Assembly (NCBI GenBank): GCA_964453605.1
Contig: CAYVOI010000001.1
Location: 166,276-230,275, forward strand
From: an uncultured Gammaproteobacteria bacterium
GTDB taxonomy: Bacteria; Patescibacteriota; Patescibacteriia; Veblenbacterales; UBA10138
DNA length: 64,000 nucleotides
Reading direction: 5' to 3'
The notes below the pieces were generated by a model. It was not told where the DNA came from and did no database searches. It was given only the letters and a program-made list of their open reading frames with translations. This document shows, piece by piece, positions 26,159 through 34,401 of the stretch. A program made the translations under genes and the position numbers. The first letter of the stretch is position 1. Each line of letters opens with the position of its first letter.

Positions 26159-28177
26159 CTACCTGGTTCTCCGGGTGGCCTTTCTTTTTTTACCCGTTAG
26201 TTTGGTAACTTCTGCTAGCTGGTCCCGCAAGGTAGCCGCGCGTTCGAACTCGAGGTTCTGAGCAGCGAGCTCCATTTGGTTGGTGAGGTCCGCTGCTATG
26301 TGCTTAAGTTCTTCTGGCGGTAACTTCCCGAGTTCCAGGTGGGTAAGGTCCAACGTTTCCTCGGCACCTTTTTTACTGCCAGCGAGCCTATCGTCGGCTA
26401 TGGCGCGAACGATAGTTTGCGGTGTTATGCTGTGTTTTTGGTTGTAGGTTTGTTGCGCTTTGCGCCGGCGTTCCACCTCAGCAATGGCGCTGCGCATGGA
26501 ACCGGTGATAGTGTCGGCGTACATAATAACGTGACCCTCGGCGTGTCTAGCAGCCCGGCCCATAGTTTGAATGAGCGAGGTGTGGGAGCGTAGGAACCCT
26601 TCCTTATCGGCATCTAGAATAGCGACTAGTGATACTTCCGGCAGGTCTAACCCTTCGCGCAGCAGGTTTATGCCTACCAACACATCGTACTTGCCGAGGC
26701 GTAAGTCGCGGAGTATTTCTAAGCGTTCCATAGTGTCGACATCAGAATGTAGGTACTGCACCTTTATACCTTCGTCCTGCAGGTAGTCAGCTAGGTCCTC
26801 GGCCATGCGCTTGGTGAGCGTGGTGATGAGCACACGCTGGTGTTTCGCAATACGCGCCTTGACCTCGTCCACCAGGTTATCCACCTGGTGCTTAGTGGGT
26901 TTTATTTCCACCGTAGGGTCCAACAGCCCGGTGGGGCGAATGAGCTGTTCTACTGTGTTTTGCGAGAGCTTGCGTTCGTACTCCGCTGGGGTGGCTGAGA
27001 CGTAGATAAGCTGCTTCAGGCGCTGGTTAAACTCGTCAAAGGTCAGGGGCCGGTTGTCGAGTGCGCCAGGCACGCGGAAGCCGTAGTCTACTAGTGTTTG
27101 CTTGCGGCTGCGGTCGCCAGCGTACATGCCCCCGACTTGCGGAATGGTCATGTGCGACTCATCAATAAACACCAGCGCGTTTTTGGGGAAGTAGTCGAGC
27201 AGGGTGTAGGGTGGCTCCCCGGGCTTGCGGCCGTCGAAGTAGCGCGAGTAGTTTTCTATGCCGTTGCAGTAGCCGGTGTTTTTCAGCATTTCTAGGTCAA
27301 AGTTAGTGCGCTCTTTGAGGCGCTGCGCCTCCAAGAGCTTACCGGCTTTGGTGAATAGGGCAATTTGCTTTTCCATGTCGCGGCGAATGTCGGTAAGCGC
27401 TCCCTCAAACCGTTCGGCTGGAGCTACGTAGTGGCTGGCTGGGTACACGTCGGCCTGGGGGAGTGTGGTCACCACATCGCCCGTTAAACTGTCGCACTCC
27501 TGCAGGTTGGTTAGTTTGTCGCCGTCGTAGCTTAGGCGCAGGTACCTGTCGAGCGAGTCGGCGGGGAAAATGTCTACGGTTTCGCCGCGCACGCGGAACG
27601 TGCCGCGGTGAAAGTCCATATCATTCCGTTGGTACTGGAGCTTAGTGAGCTCTCGCAAGAGCTTTTGTCGTGGGAAGGTTAAACCGATTTTAAGAGTGAT
27701 GCGCACTTTAGCGTACTCTTCAGGGCTACCTAAGCCGTAGATGCATGAGACTGAAGCCACAATCAGGGTGTCGGGTCTCGAAAGCACACTCTGCGTGGCA
27801 GCGTGGCGGAGCCTGTCTATTTCCTCGTTCAGTTGAGTTTCTTTTTCAATGTAGGTGTCGGAGGCGGGGATGTAGGCTTCAGGCTGGTAGTAGTCGTAGT
27901 AGCTTACAAAGTAGTGCACGGCGTTTTCGGGAAAGAAACTACGAAATTCACTGGCGAGTTGGGCGGCCAGAGTTTTGTTGTGGGAGATGACGAGTGTCGG
28001 GCGTTGCACTTTGGCGACCACAGAGGCCATGGTGAACGTCTTCCCAGAGCCAGTAACGCCAACTAGGGTTTGGTGGTGCAGGTTTTTTTCTACGCCCTCA
28101 ACTAGCTTGGCAATGGCTTGAGGTTGGTCTCCCGTAGGTTTAAATGGAGCAACGAGGCGGAACTTATTTTGTGTCAT
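26159..28177 (-). CDS. uvrB: excinuclease ABC subunit B (UvrB)
   Basis: Start at internal ATG (MTQNKFRLVAPFKPTGDQPQAIAKLVEG...; E. coli UvrB begins [21 protein letters not shown]); GSGKTFT Walker A, C-terminal UVR domain ATLRDQLAEV. Confidence 0.95.
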   Translation of the reverse strand: MTQNKFRLVAPFKPTGDQPQAIAKLVEGVEKNLHHQTLVGVTGSGKTFTMASVVAKVQRPTLVISHNKTLAAQLASEFRSFFPENAVHYFVSYYDYYQPEAYIPASDTYIEKETQLNEEIDRLRHAATQSVLSRPDTLIVASVSCIYGLGSPEEYAKVRITLKIGLTFPRQKLLRELTKLQYQRNDMDFHRGTFRVRGETVDIFPADSLDRYLRLSYDGDKLTNLQECDSLTGDVVTTLPQADVYPASHYVAPAERFEGALTDIRRDMEKQIALFTKAGKLLEAQRLKERTNFDLEMLKNTGYCNGIENYSRYFDGRKPGEPPYTLLDYFPKNALVFIDESHMTIPQVGGMYAGDRSRKQTLVDYGFRVPGALDNRPLTFDEFNQRLKQLIYVSATPAEYERKLSQNTVEQLIRPTGLLDPTVEIKPTKHQVDNLVDEVKARIAKHQRVLITTLTKRMAEDLADYLQDEGIKVQYLHSDVDTMERLEILRDLRLGKYDVLVGINLLREGLDLPEVSLVAILDADKEGFLRSHTSLIQTMGRAARHAEGHVIMYADTITGSMRSAIAEVERRRKAQQTYNQKHSITPQTIVRAIADDRLAGSKKGAEETLDLTHLELGKLPPEELKHIAADLTNQMELAAQNLEFERAATLRDQLAEVTKLTGKKRKATRRTR

Positions 28178-28291
28178 AAAAGGTAGGACATGCGAGCTGA
28201 CTTGCCCCGTGGGGAACAGTCCGCCTAGTGGCGGAGAGTTCTCCTTCGGGGTCGCCCGTGGGCTTAAATGGTGCCTTGAGCTTGAACTGCA
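28163..28291 (-). other. 42-codon leader ORF upstream of uvrB whose first 14 residues (MQFKLKAPFKPTGD) mimic the UvrB N-terminus; overlaps uvrB start by 11 nt in another frame
   Basis: Manual translation of minus strand: MQFKLKAPFKPTGDPEGELSATRRTVPHGASQLACPTFYDTK*; -10 TATACT (28302..28307) lies 10 nt upstream of its ATG. Confidence 0.5.
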
Positions 28292-28301
28292 TAGGTTTAG
28301 G

Positions 28302-28307
28302 TAGTAT
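28302..28307 (-). promoter_or_regulatory. -10 box TATACT for uvrB transcript (minus strand), 10 nt before leader-ORF ATG
   Basis: minus-strand read ggtcTATACTacctaaacctATGcag. Confidence 0.45.
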
Positions 28308-28379
28308 AGACCGGTTGGCGAAGAAAAAAAATAAAGTAGCCCTCGGTCAGACTGCTTTGTCAACACGAGTTCCAAGCTC

Positions 28380-28385
28380 TATAAT
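28380..28385 (+). promoter_or_regulatory. -10 box TATAAT 6 nt before ruvA ATG (leaderless-type), divergent from uvrB promoter
   Basis: ctcTATAATgaggctATG. Confidence 0.5.
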
Positions 28386-28391
28386 GAGGCT

Positions 28392-28961
28392 ATGATAGCT
28401 CAGGTAGCTGGCAAAGTTGTTGGTAAAACGCCGCGTTCAGTGGTAGTCCAAGCTTCTGGCGTGGGCTATGAAATTTTTTGCACCAAAGACCTGCTGACGC
28501 GGCTGCCTGACGGCAAAGAGGTAGGGCTGTTTACCTACCTGAACGTGCGGGAGGACGCGCTCGAGCTCTATGGTTTTGCCAGCCAGAACGATCTAGCTTT
28601 TTTTAAGCTGCTCCTTGGTGTTTCCGGAATTGGCCCCAAGTCAGCGCTTAACATTCTAGAAGTTGCGAAGCCCGATGACATTCGCCGGGCCGTGGTGGCG
28701 CAAGATGCTGGCAACCTCCATGCTCTGCACGGCCTGGGCAAGAAGACGGCTGAGAAGTTGGTGGTGGAACTTAAAGACAAGCTGGAGGCAATAGAGCCGG
28801 GCGGCAGTACGATGAGTGACGACCAAGCTGTGCTTGAGGCGATTGTGAACCTAGGGTACTCCACCAACGAGGCCCGGAGTGCGCTACAGGCGACCAAGGG
28901 CGTTGCTGGTGGGCTAGAGGCTAAGGTTAAAGCTGCGCTTAAAGCCCTGAGCCGGTCATAG
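28392..28961 (+). CDS. ruvA: Holliday junction DNA helicase RuvA
   Basis: MIAQVAGKVVGK...VGYEIF...LYGFAS..DLAFFKLLLGVSGIGPKSALNIL. Confidence 0.9.
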   Translation: MIAQVAGKVVGKTPRSVVVQASGVGYEIFCTKDLLTRLPDGKEVGLFTYLNVREDALELYGFASQNDLAFFKLLLGVSGIGPKSALNILEVAKPDDIRRAVVAQDAGNLHALHGLGKKTAEKLVVELKDKLEAIEPGGSTMSDDQAVLEAIVNLGYSTNEARSALQATKGVAGGLEAKVKAALKALSRS

Positions 28962-28964
28962 CTT

Positions 28965-29978
28965 ATGGAAGTGCATTCCATAAGTGCTGAGGCACTCGCC
29001 GAGTTCGTTTCACGTGAGCCCGGAACCCCGGGTTCGTTTTTACAAACTGCGGCGTGGGGAAAGTTTCAGGCCGAGCTTGGGCATAAGGTTGAGCTCTTAG
29101 GGTTTTGGGAAGTGAGGGACCTGGTGGGTACTGCAGTTGTCCTCTACCAGGCCTTGCCTGGTGGGTTACGCTATGCCTACGTGGCTCGGGGGCCAGTGAG
29201 CCTAACGCACTATAGAGAAGTAAGTCAGTTGCTGGTGGAGTACTACAGAAACAAAGGCATGGTGTTTTTGCGCCTCGAGCCTCCACAGTCGGTTGGTGAC
29301 CAGCTCCTTAGGTTTATGCAGGCACCCGACGTTCAACCGCGCGCTACGGTAGTCATTGACCTTACCCAGTCAACAGCGGAGCTCTTGAGCCAGATGCACG
29401 AAAAAACTCGTTATAACGTTCGCCTGAGTGAGAAAAAGGAGTTAACCTGGCGCCTCCGTGGCGCTGAGGGGGCGGGCGGGTTTTGGCAGCTGCTTAAAAC
29501 CACAGCCGAACGTGACGGGTTTTCGCCTCACCTTGAGCACCACTACCGCAAGCTCCTCGAGCTCTATGGTTCAGTCCACCTGAGTGCCGACGTTGAACTG
29601 GCAGTACGCTTAAGTGAAGTTTCGCTGGGGAGTGAGGTTTTGTCTTCTAACCTCATGTTGTTTTCCCGCGGTGTTGTTACCTATCTCCATGGTGCTTCAA
29701 GCAGCAGCCGACGTGAACTCATGCCAACTTACCTCAACCACTGGCGAATAATGCAAGAAGCTAAGGCCCTGGGTTTCACTCGCTACGACCTTTGGGGTGT
29801 GGCTCCGCACGATAACTCAAAACCTTCATGGGCGGGCATAAGCCGTTTTAAGCTCGGCTTTGGGGGTAACTACCTTGGTTACGCTGGAGCGTTTGACTAC
29901 CGTTACCGTCTCTTTCTCTACACACTCTACAAGTTGGGTAGAGCTATACGTCGCTCAAGTCTAGCTGCTGAATTATGA
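28965..29978 (+). CDS. FemAB-family aminoacyltransferase (peptidoglycan interpeptide bridge formation)
   Basis: N-terminal FemAB-like region (FLQTAAWGKFQAELGHKV), GNAT-like duplicated fold length ~337 aa. Confidence 0.7.
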   Translation: MEVHSISAEALAEFVSREPGTPGSFLQTAAWGKFQAELGHKVELLGFWEVRDLVGTAVVLYQALPGGLRYAYVARGPVSLTHYREVSQLLVEYYRNKGMVFLRLEPPQSVGDQLLRFMQAPDVQPRATVVIDLTQSTAELLSQMHEKTRYNVRLSEKKELTWRLRGAEGAGGFWQLLKTTAERDGFSPHLEHHYRKLLELYGSVHLSADVELAVRLSEVSLGSEVLSSNLMLFSRGVVTYLHGASSSSRRELMPTYLNHWRIMQEAKALGFTRYDLWGVAPHDNSKPSWAGISRFKLGFGGNYLGYAGAFDYRYRLFLYTLYKLGRAIRRSSLAAEL

Positions 29979-30937
29979 CACCTCTGGAGTGTGCCATTCT
30001 CAGGGCCATAACCTGGTTTGACCTATGGCACTACCCGCTCACCGCGTTTGAGTGCTGGCAGTATTTGTACCAGGAAGGCGAGTACTTAGGTACGGTTACT
30101 CCCTGGGAAGTGCGTGTGGCGCTCGCCAGGTTAACCGAGCGTGGAGTGCTACGGGTTACCAATGGCTTTTGGCGACTAGCTAGTGCGCCGCCGCACCTCT
30201 CGGAGCGGCAGCAGCGGGCACGCTGGAGTATTGGTAAGCACCAGCGTGCTCGAGCGGGCGCGCGGCTTATTGCCTCCCTACCTTTTGTGAGGCTGGTAGC
30301 TCTCGGTAACAGCGTGGCCTTTAGTGCACCGCGGACAGCAGAGAGCGACATCGACCTCCTCATAGTGGTGCAGCCCGGGCGGTTGTTCTTAGCGCGGTTG
30401 TGGGTAACTCTGGCCGTGCACCTTTGCGGTTGGCGGCGGCACGGTACCAAAGTGCGCGACCGCCTCTGCCTGAGTTTCTACCTCGATCAGAACAGCTTAG
30501 CCCTGCAGCCATTTGCCTACCCCGACGACCCCTACCTCAAGTTTTGGTTAGCGACCCTGGCACCACTCCTCGATAGCGGAACATACCGACGGCTCCTTAG
30601 TGCGAACTCTTGGGTGGCAGATAGCCTTAGTAACCTAGGCTTCCAGGCTGAGAGCTACGTGGCGAGTGCTACAGCCGTGCCAGCTGGCTCGAGGTTCGTG
30701 CAGCGTGCGCTTGAAGTACTCTTCTCTGGTGGTTTTGGCAACTGGTGCGAGTACCTGTCAGCGCGGCTGCAGCTTCCACGCATGCGTCGCTATGTCGGCG
30801 AGCACCTGGGCGATGGTACAGGTGATGTGGCGGTATCGGCTCAGGTCATAAAAATGCACCTCTCGGACCGTCGCCGAGAATTCGCGCGCGCGTTTCGCCA
30901 GAAGCTCGAGGCTGTTACGCCAGCAGCTCGGGGGTAG
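29975..30937 (+). CDS. nucleotidyltransferase (Pol-beta superfamily) domain protein
   Basis: GNSVAFSAPRTAESDIDLLIVV resembles GS-x9-13-DxD NTase motif; 4-nt overlap with upstream gene. Confidence 0.5.
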   Translation: MTPLECAILRAITWFDLWHYPLTAFECWQYLYQEGEYLGTVTPWEVRVALARLTERGVLRVTNGFWRLASAPPHLSERQQRARWSIGKHQRARAGARLIASLPFVRLVALGNSVAFSAPRTAESDIDLLIVVQPGRLFLARLWVTLAVHLCGWRRHGTKVRDRLCLSFYLDQNSLALQPFAYPDDPYLKFWLATLAPLLDSGTYRRLLSANSWVADSLSNLGFQAESYVASATAVPAGSRFVQRALEVLFSGGFGNWCEYLSARLQLPRMRRYVGEHLGDGTGDVAVSAQVIKMHLSDRRREFARAFRQKLEAVTPAARG

Positions 30938-30940
30938 CCT

Positions 30941-31669
30941 ATGGTACCTCCGGTGGTTATTTCGGCGGCGGGCAGGGGCACACGCATGAACGAGCTGACA
31001 CACGACAAGCCCAAGCACCTTATCTCGGTGGCTGGTCGGCCGTTTCTCAGGTATGTACTGGACAACTTGTACAAGGCCGGAGCCCAAGAGGTGTACTTGG
31101 TCATTGGTCACCAGGCCCAAGCTGCCTACCAGTTCGTGGAGGCTTACCGTAAGCGCTACCCGGTACACGTGGTAAACCAGTTTGAACGGGTAGGCTCCGA
31201 GCGTTACGGTACGCTGATGCCGCTCCTCAGTGTTGCTCCTGAACTCCAGGGTCAGCCGGTGGTGGCAGTGAATGGTGATAACCTTTACTCAAGCCACGAC
31301 CTCAGTGATTTTTTTAAGCTTGTTTCTGGGTGTGCAGTAGCTGGTGTTGAGCACGAACACCCGGAGCGCTATGGCGTGTTGGTGCACGAGAGTGGCATAC
31401 TGAAGCAGATTATAGAAAAGCCCACCTCGCCACCTTCGCGGCTGGTCAACACCGGACTCTATGGTTTTAGCAGCGCTATGTGGCAGGTCTTGCCTGAGGT
31501 CGGACTGTCTCCCCGGGGGGAGTACGAGCTTACCGATGCCGTGAGCCTGCTGGCGAGGCAAGAGCCAGTGCGGGTTTTCCCCATTGCCGACTACTGGCTC
31601 GACTTTGGCCGGCCAGAAGATATCCCTAAAGTCGAGGCGGTGGTTGCCAAAGCTGGTCACGGCCGCTAA
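30941..31669 (+). CDS. sugar-phosphate nucleotidyltransferase (NTP_transferase family)
   Basis: VVISAAGRGTRMNELTHDKPKHLISVAGRPFLRYVLDNL N-terminal signature. Confidence 0.8.
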   Translation: MVPPVVISAAGRGTRMNELTHDKPKHLISVAGRPFLRYVLDNLYKAGAQEVYLVIGHQAQAAYQFVEAYRKRYPVHVVNQFERVGSERYGTLMPLLSVAPELQGQPVVAVNGDNLYSSHDLSDFFKLVSGCAVAGVEHEHPERYGVLVHESGILKQIIEKPTSPPSRLVNTGLYGFSSAMWQVLPEVGLSPRGEYELTDAVSLLARQEPVRVFPIADYWLDFGRPEDIPKVEAVVAKAGHGR

Positions 31670-31690
31670 CCTGTACACGTTCCCCTACAC

Positions 31691-31762
31691 GCCCTCGTAG
31701 TTCAATGGATAGAACGTAGGCCTCCGAAGCTTGAGATGCAGGTTCGATTCCTGCCGAGGGCA
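31691..31762 (+). tRNA. tRNA-Arg (anticodon CCG), CCA not encoded
   Basis: GCCCTCGTAGTTCAATGGATAGAACGTAGGCCTCCGAAGCTTGAGATGCAGGTTCGATTCCTGCCGAGGGCA; anticodon loop CTCCGAA. Confidence 0.85.
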
Positions 31763-31951
31763 AAGAACTGGGCTTCAGATAGGGCCTGAAATGAGGGCAC
31801 GCCGCCGCCGGGCGCAAAGGCGGGTACTTATTATGGCACGTGCTTTTTAGACCTAGCCTTAGCGGCCAGGAGGAGTTTGTAGTATACTATGTGGTAGAAC
31901 TTTACCGTTCACTCCTTGTTGGGAGCTTGAGCATTTATACTTAAACTGCCT

Positions 31952-34327
31952 ATGGATTTCGCCCAAAGCATGGCCGAAACCTTTGCCCCCAAGACTGCCC
32001 ACCCGGCCAGCCGCTACCTCGATGCTGTCTTGGTCTGGGGGTTACGGGTACTTACCCTACTCTTACCTCTCACTTTTCTACCGTGGACGTTCGAGGCGTT
32101 TGAGCTCAACAAGCAGTTTTTGCTCCTGGGGGGCGGGGTGGCGCTCCTGGCGGTGTGGGTGGGGAGCGTGGTACTAGCCCGGGAGGTACGCTGGGTGAGG
32201 TCTGTGCTCAACTGGGCCGTGCTGGCGTTTCTGGCGGTTGTGGTCGTTTCTACCGTTTTTTCTATTGATAAGGTTACCTCTATCTTAGGTTTCTACGGTC
32301 GGTTCAACGGTGGGTTAGTGAGCGTTATAGCGTACGTGGTGTACTACTTCCTGGTGCTCCACGTAGTACGGCGCGAGGGCAACGTTCGCTGGCTCGTTGG
32401 CAGCTGGCTCACGGGCGTGGGTGTGGCGGCGTTGGTGCTCGCGCTTAACCTGTTCGGCGTTCATGCCCTTGGGTTTTTCCCGTTGGGTCAGGCCAGTAGC
32501 TTTACACCGCTGGGCTCGTCACTCAATGCCCTAACGCTCATCCTTGGAGCCAGTTTCCCCTTGGCACTGTTCTTTGCTCACTCAGCGCGGACGACCGTTG
32601 GTCGAATGTTCAGTTTACTGTTCAGTGTACTAGTGCTGGCCGTGGTATTCCTGGTTGACTACCAGCTCGGTTGGGTGGCCCTGCTCACCGCTTCGGTAGT
32701 GTGGCTGGGGTTTGTGTTCTGGAAGAACGAGACCGTTGGGTTCCAGTGGACCATTCTGCCGGCCGTGGCACTTCTCTTGGTGGTAGTTGGCTGGCCGGTG
32801 GTTACTACCCAGCTCACGCGTCGTTCGATTCCCGTAGAAGTTAACCTGTCTCTGCCCGCGAGCTGGAAGATAGCCAACCAGAACATTAAAGCCAACCCGC
32901 TCATTGGCACTGGACCCGAGACCTTTATCTTTGGTTTTTCGAAGTACAAGCCGGACCAGTTTAACCAGAGCGATTTCTGGGCTTACCGCTTCGACAAGTC
33001 TGCCTCCGAGCTTAGCCAGGCTTTTGGCACCATGGGCATTTTGGGCTTGGCGAGCTACCTCGGCATTCTCCTGCTCGGCCTGTACCTCGCCTGGCGGACT
33101 ATTTCGCATCGTGCGCACGAGGACTGGTACCTCCGAGCAGCCGTGGTTACCAGCTACCTCGTACTCGCGGTTGGTAGTGTGCTCTACTTTTCTAACACCG
33201 CGCTGGCGTTTATGTTCTGGCTGGTGCTGGCGTTGCTGGCTGGCTTTAGCTCAGCCGGTAACCGTGAGCTTACGCTCAAGGGTAGCCCGCGCATATCGTT
33301 CTTGTTTTCGTTTGGCTTGGCAGTGGTGGTGCTGCTGGCCGCTGGTGTGTGGGTTGGTATAGTGCGGTTCTGGTCAGCTGACTACGCCTACGCCAAGGCC
33401 CAAGGTGCGGCACAGCTCGAGCAGGCCCAAGGTGAGTTGCAAACTGCAGTAAGCTTGAACCCGTGGCGCGATACCTACCGCGTAGGCCTAGCTCAGGTGT
33501 ACCTGGGGCTCGCGAACCAGCAAGCCAGGCAGCCAGCCGGTGACACCGACGCTAAGCGTAAAGCGCAACTCGCACAGCTTCAGCAGTACATAAGCAGCGC
33601 CATCGCCGCCGCCCGCTCCGCCACCGACCTCAGCCGCGAGAACGTGTTCAACTGGGAGTCGCTGGGTTCCATCTATCGCGGCACGGTGCCCTACGCTCGG
33701 GATGCCCAGGCCTGGGTCATCAGCTCATTCCAAGAGGCTATTAAGCTTGAGTACTCCAACCCCGCGCTCCACACCGAGCTCGGCAAGGCGTACCTGCTCT
33801 CTGCCAGCCAATCCAAGGCGCAGGCCAGTACCACTACTGACCAAGCTGCCAAGGCTAAGCTCGACAGCGACACGGCCACAAACTTGGGGTTGGCTATAGA
33901 GCAGTTCAAAGTCGCCATACAGCTTAAGGCGCAGTACACCCCGGCCCACTTCAATGAGGCCCTGGCCTACGAACTCCAGGGAAAAATTGATGATGCTATT
34001 GCCAAGCTCGAGAGCATCCGCAGTTTTAACGCTACGGACGTAGATGTGCTCTACGAGTTGGGGAGCCTGTACTACAGCAAGGGGAACTACGACCTCGCCC
34101 TCTCTGCCTTTAGCACCATTACCAGCTTAGTCCCGAACCACAGCAACGCTCACTACGGTCTCTCACTGGTGTACCAAAAGAAGGGGGACAAGGACAAGGC
34201 GGTGGCGGAAATGCAGAAAGTGCTGGACCTTAACCCCGGCAACCAGCAAATTCAGCAGCAGCTTGATGCTCTGAAGACTGGTGCCGCTCCAGCAGCTCCC
34301 ACTACCCCGACCACTCCCAAGCAGTAG
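31952..34327 (+). CDS. O-antigen ligase/Wzy-like polytopic membrane protein fused to C-terminal TPR repeats
   Basis: >=10 TM helices in N-terminal 470 aa; C-terminal region with TPR-like repeats (AHFNEALAYELQGKIDDAIAKLE, YELGSLYYSKGNYDLALSAF). Confidence 0.7.
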   Translation: MDFAQSMAETFAPKTAHPASRYLDAVLVWGLRVLTLLLPLTFLPWTFEAFELNKQFLLLGGGVALLAVWVGSVVLAREVRWVRSVLNWAVLAFLAVVVVSTVFSIDKVTSILGFYGRFNGGLVSVIAYVVYYFLVLHVVRREGNVRWLVGSWLTGVGVAALVLALNLFGVHALGFFPLGQASSFTPLGSSLNALTLILGASFPLALFFAHSARTTVGRMFSLLFSVLVLAVVFLVDYQLGWVALLTASVVWLGFVFWKNETVGFQWTILPAVALLLVVVGWPVVTTQLTRRSIPVEVNLSLPASWKIANQNIKANPLIGTGPETFIFGFSKYKPDQFNQSDFWAYRFDKSASELSQAFGTMGILGLASYLGILLLGLYLAWRTISHRAHEDWYLRAAVVTSYLVLAVGSVLYFSNTALAFMFWLVLALLAGFSSAGNRELTLKGSPRISFLFSFGLAVVVLLAAGVWVGIVRFWSADYAYAKAQGAAQLEQAQGELQTAVSLNPWRDTYRVGLAQVYLGLANQQARQPAGDTDAKRKAQLAQLQQYISSAIAAARSATDLSRENVFNWESLGSIYRGTVPYARDAQAWVISSFQEAIKLEYSNPALHTELGKAYLLSASQSKAQASTTTDQAAKAKLDSDTATNLGLAIEQFKVAIQLKAQYTPAHFNEALAYELQGKIDDAIAKLESIRSFNATDVDVLYELGSLYYSKGNYDLALSAFSTITSLVPNHSNAHYGLSLVYQKKGDKDKAVAEMQKVLDLNPGNQQIQQQLDALKTGAAPAAPTTPTTPKQ

Positions 34328-34386
34328 GGCTTCATTAGTTCATTTTCCGTCCAGCCCCCGCCTTGGTTAGACGGGGGCTGGAGTTC

Positions 34387-34392
34387 TATACT
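34387..34392 (+). promoter_or_regulatory. -10 box TATACT 9 nt before Mur ligase ATG
   Basis: ttcTATACTgagtaagctATG. Confidence 0.4.
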
Positions 34393-34401
34393 GAGTAAGC
34401 T

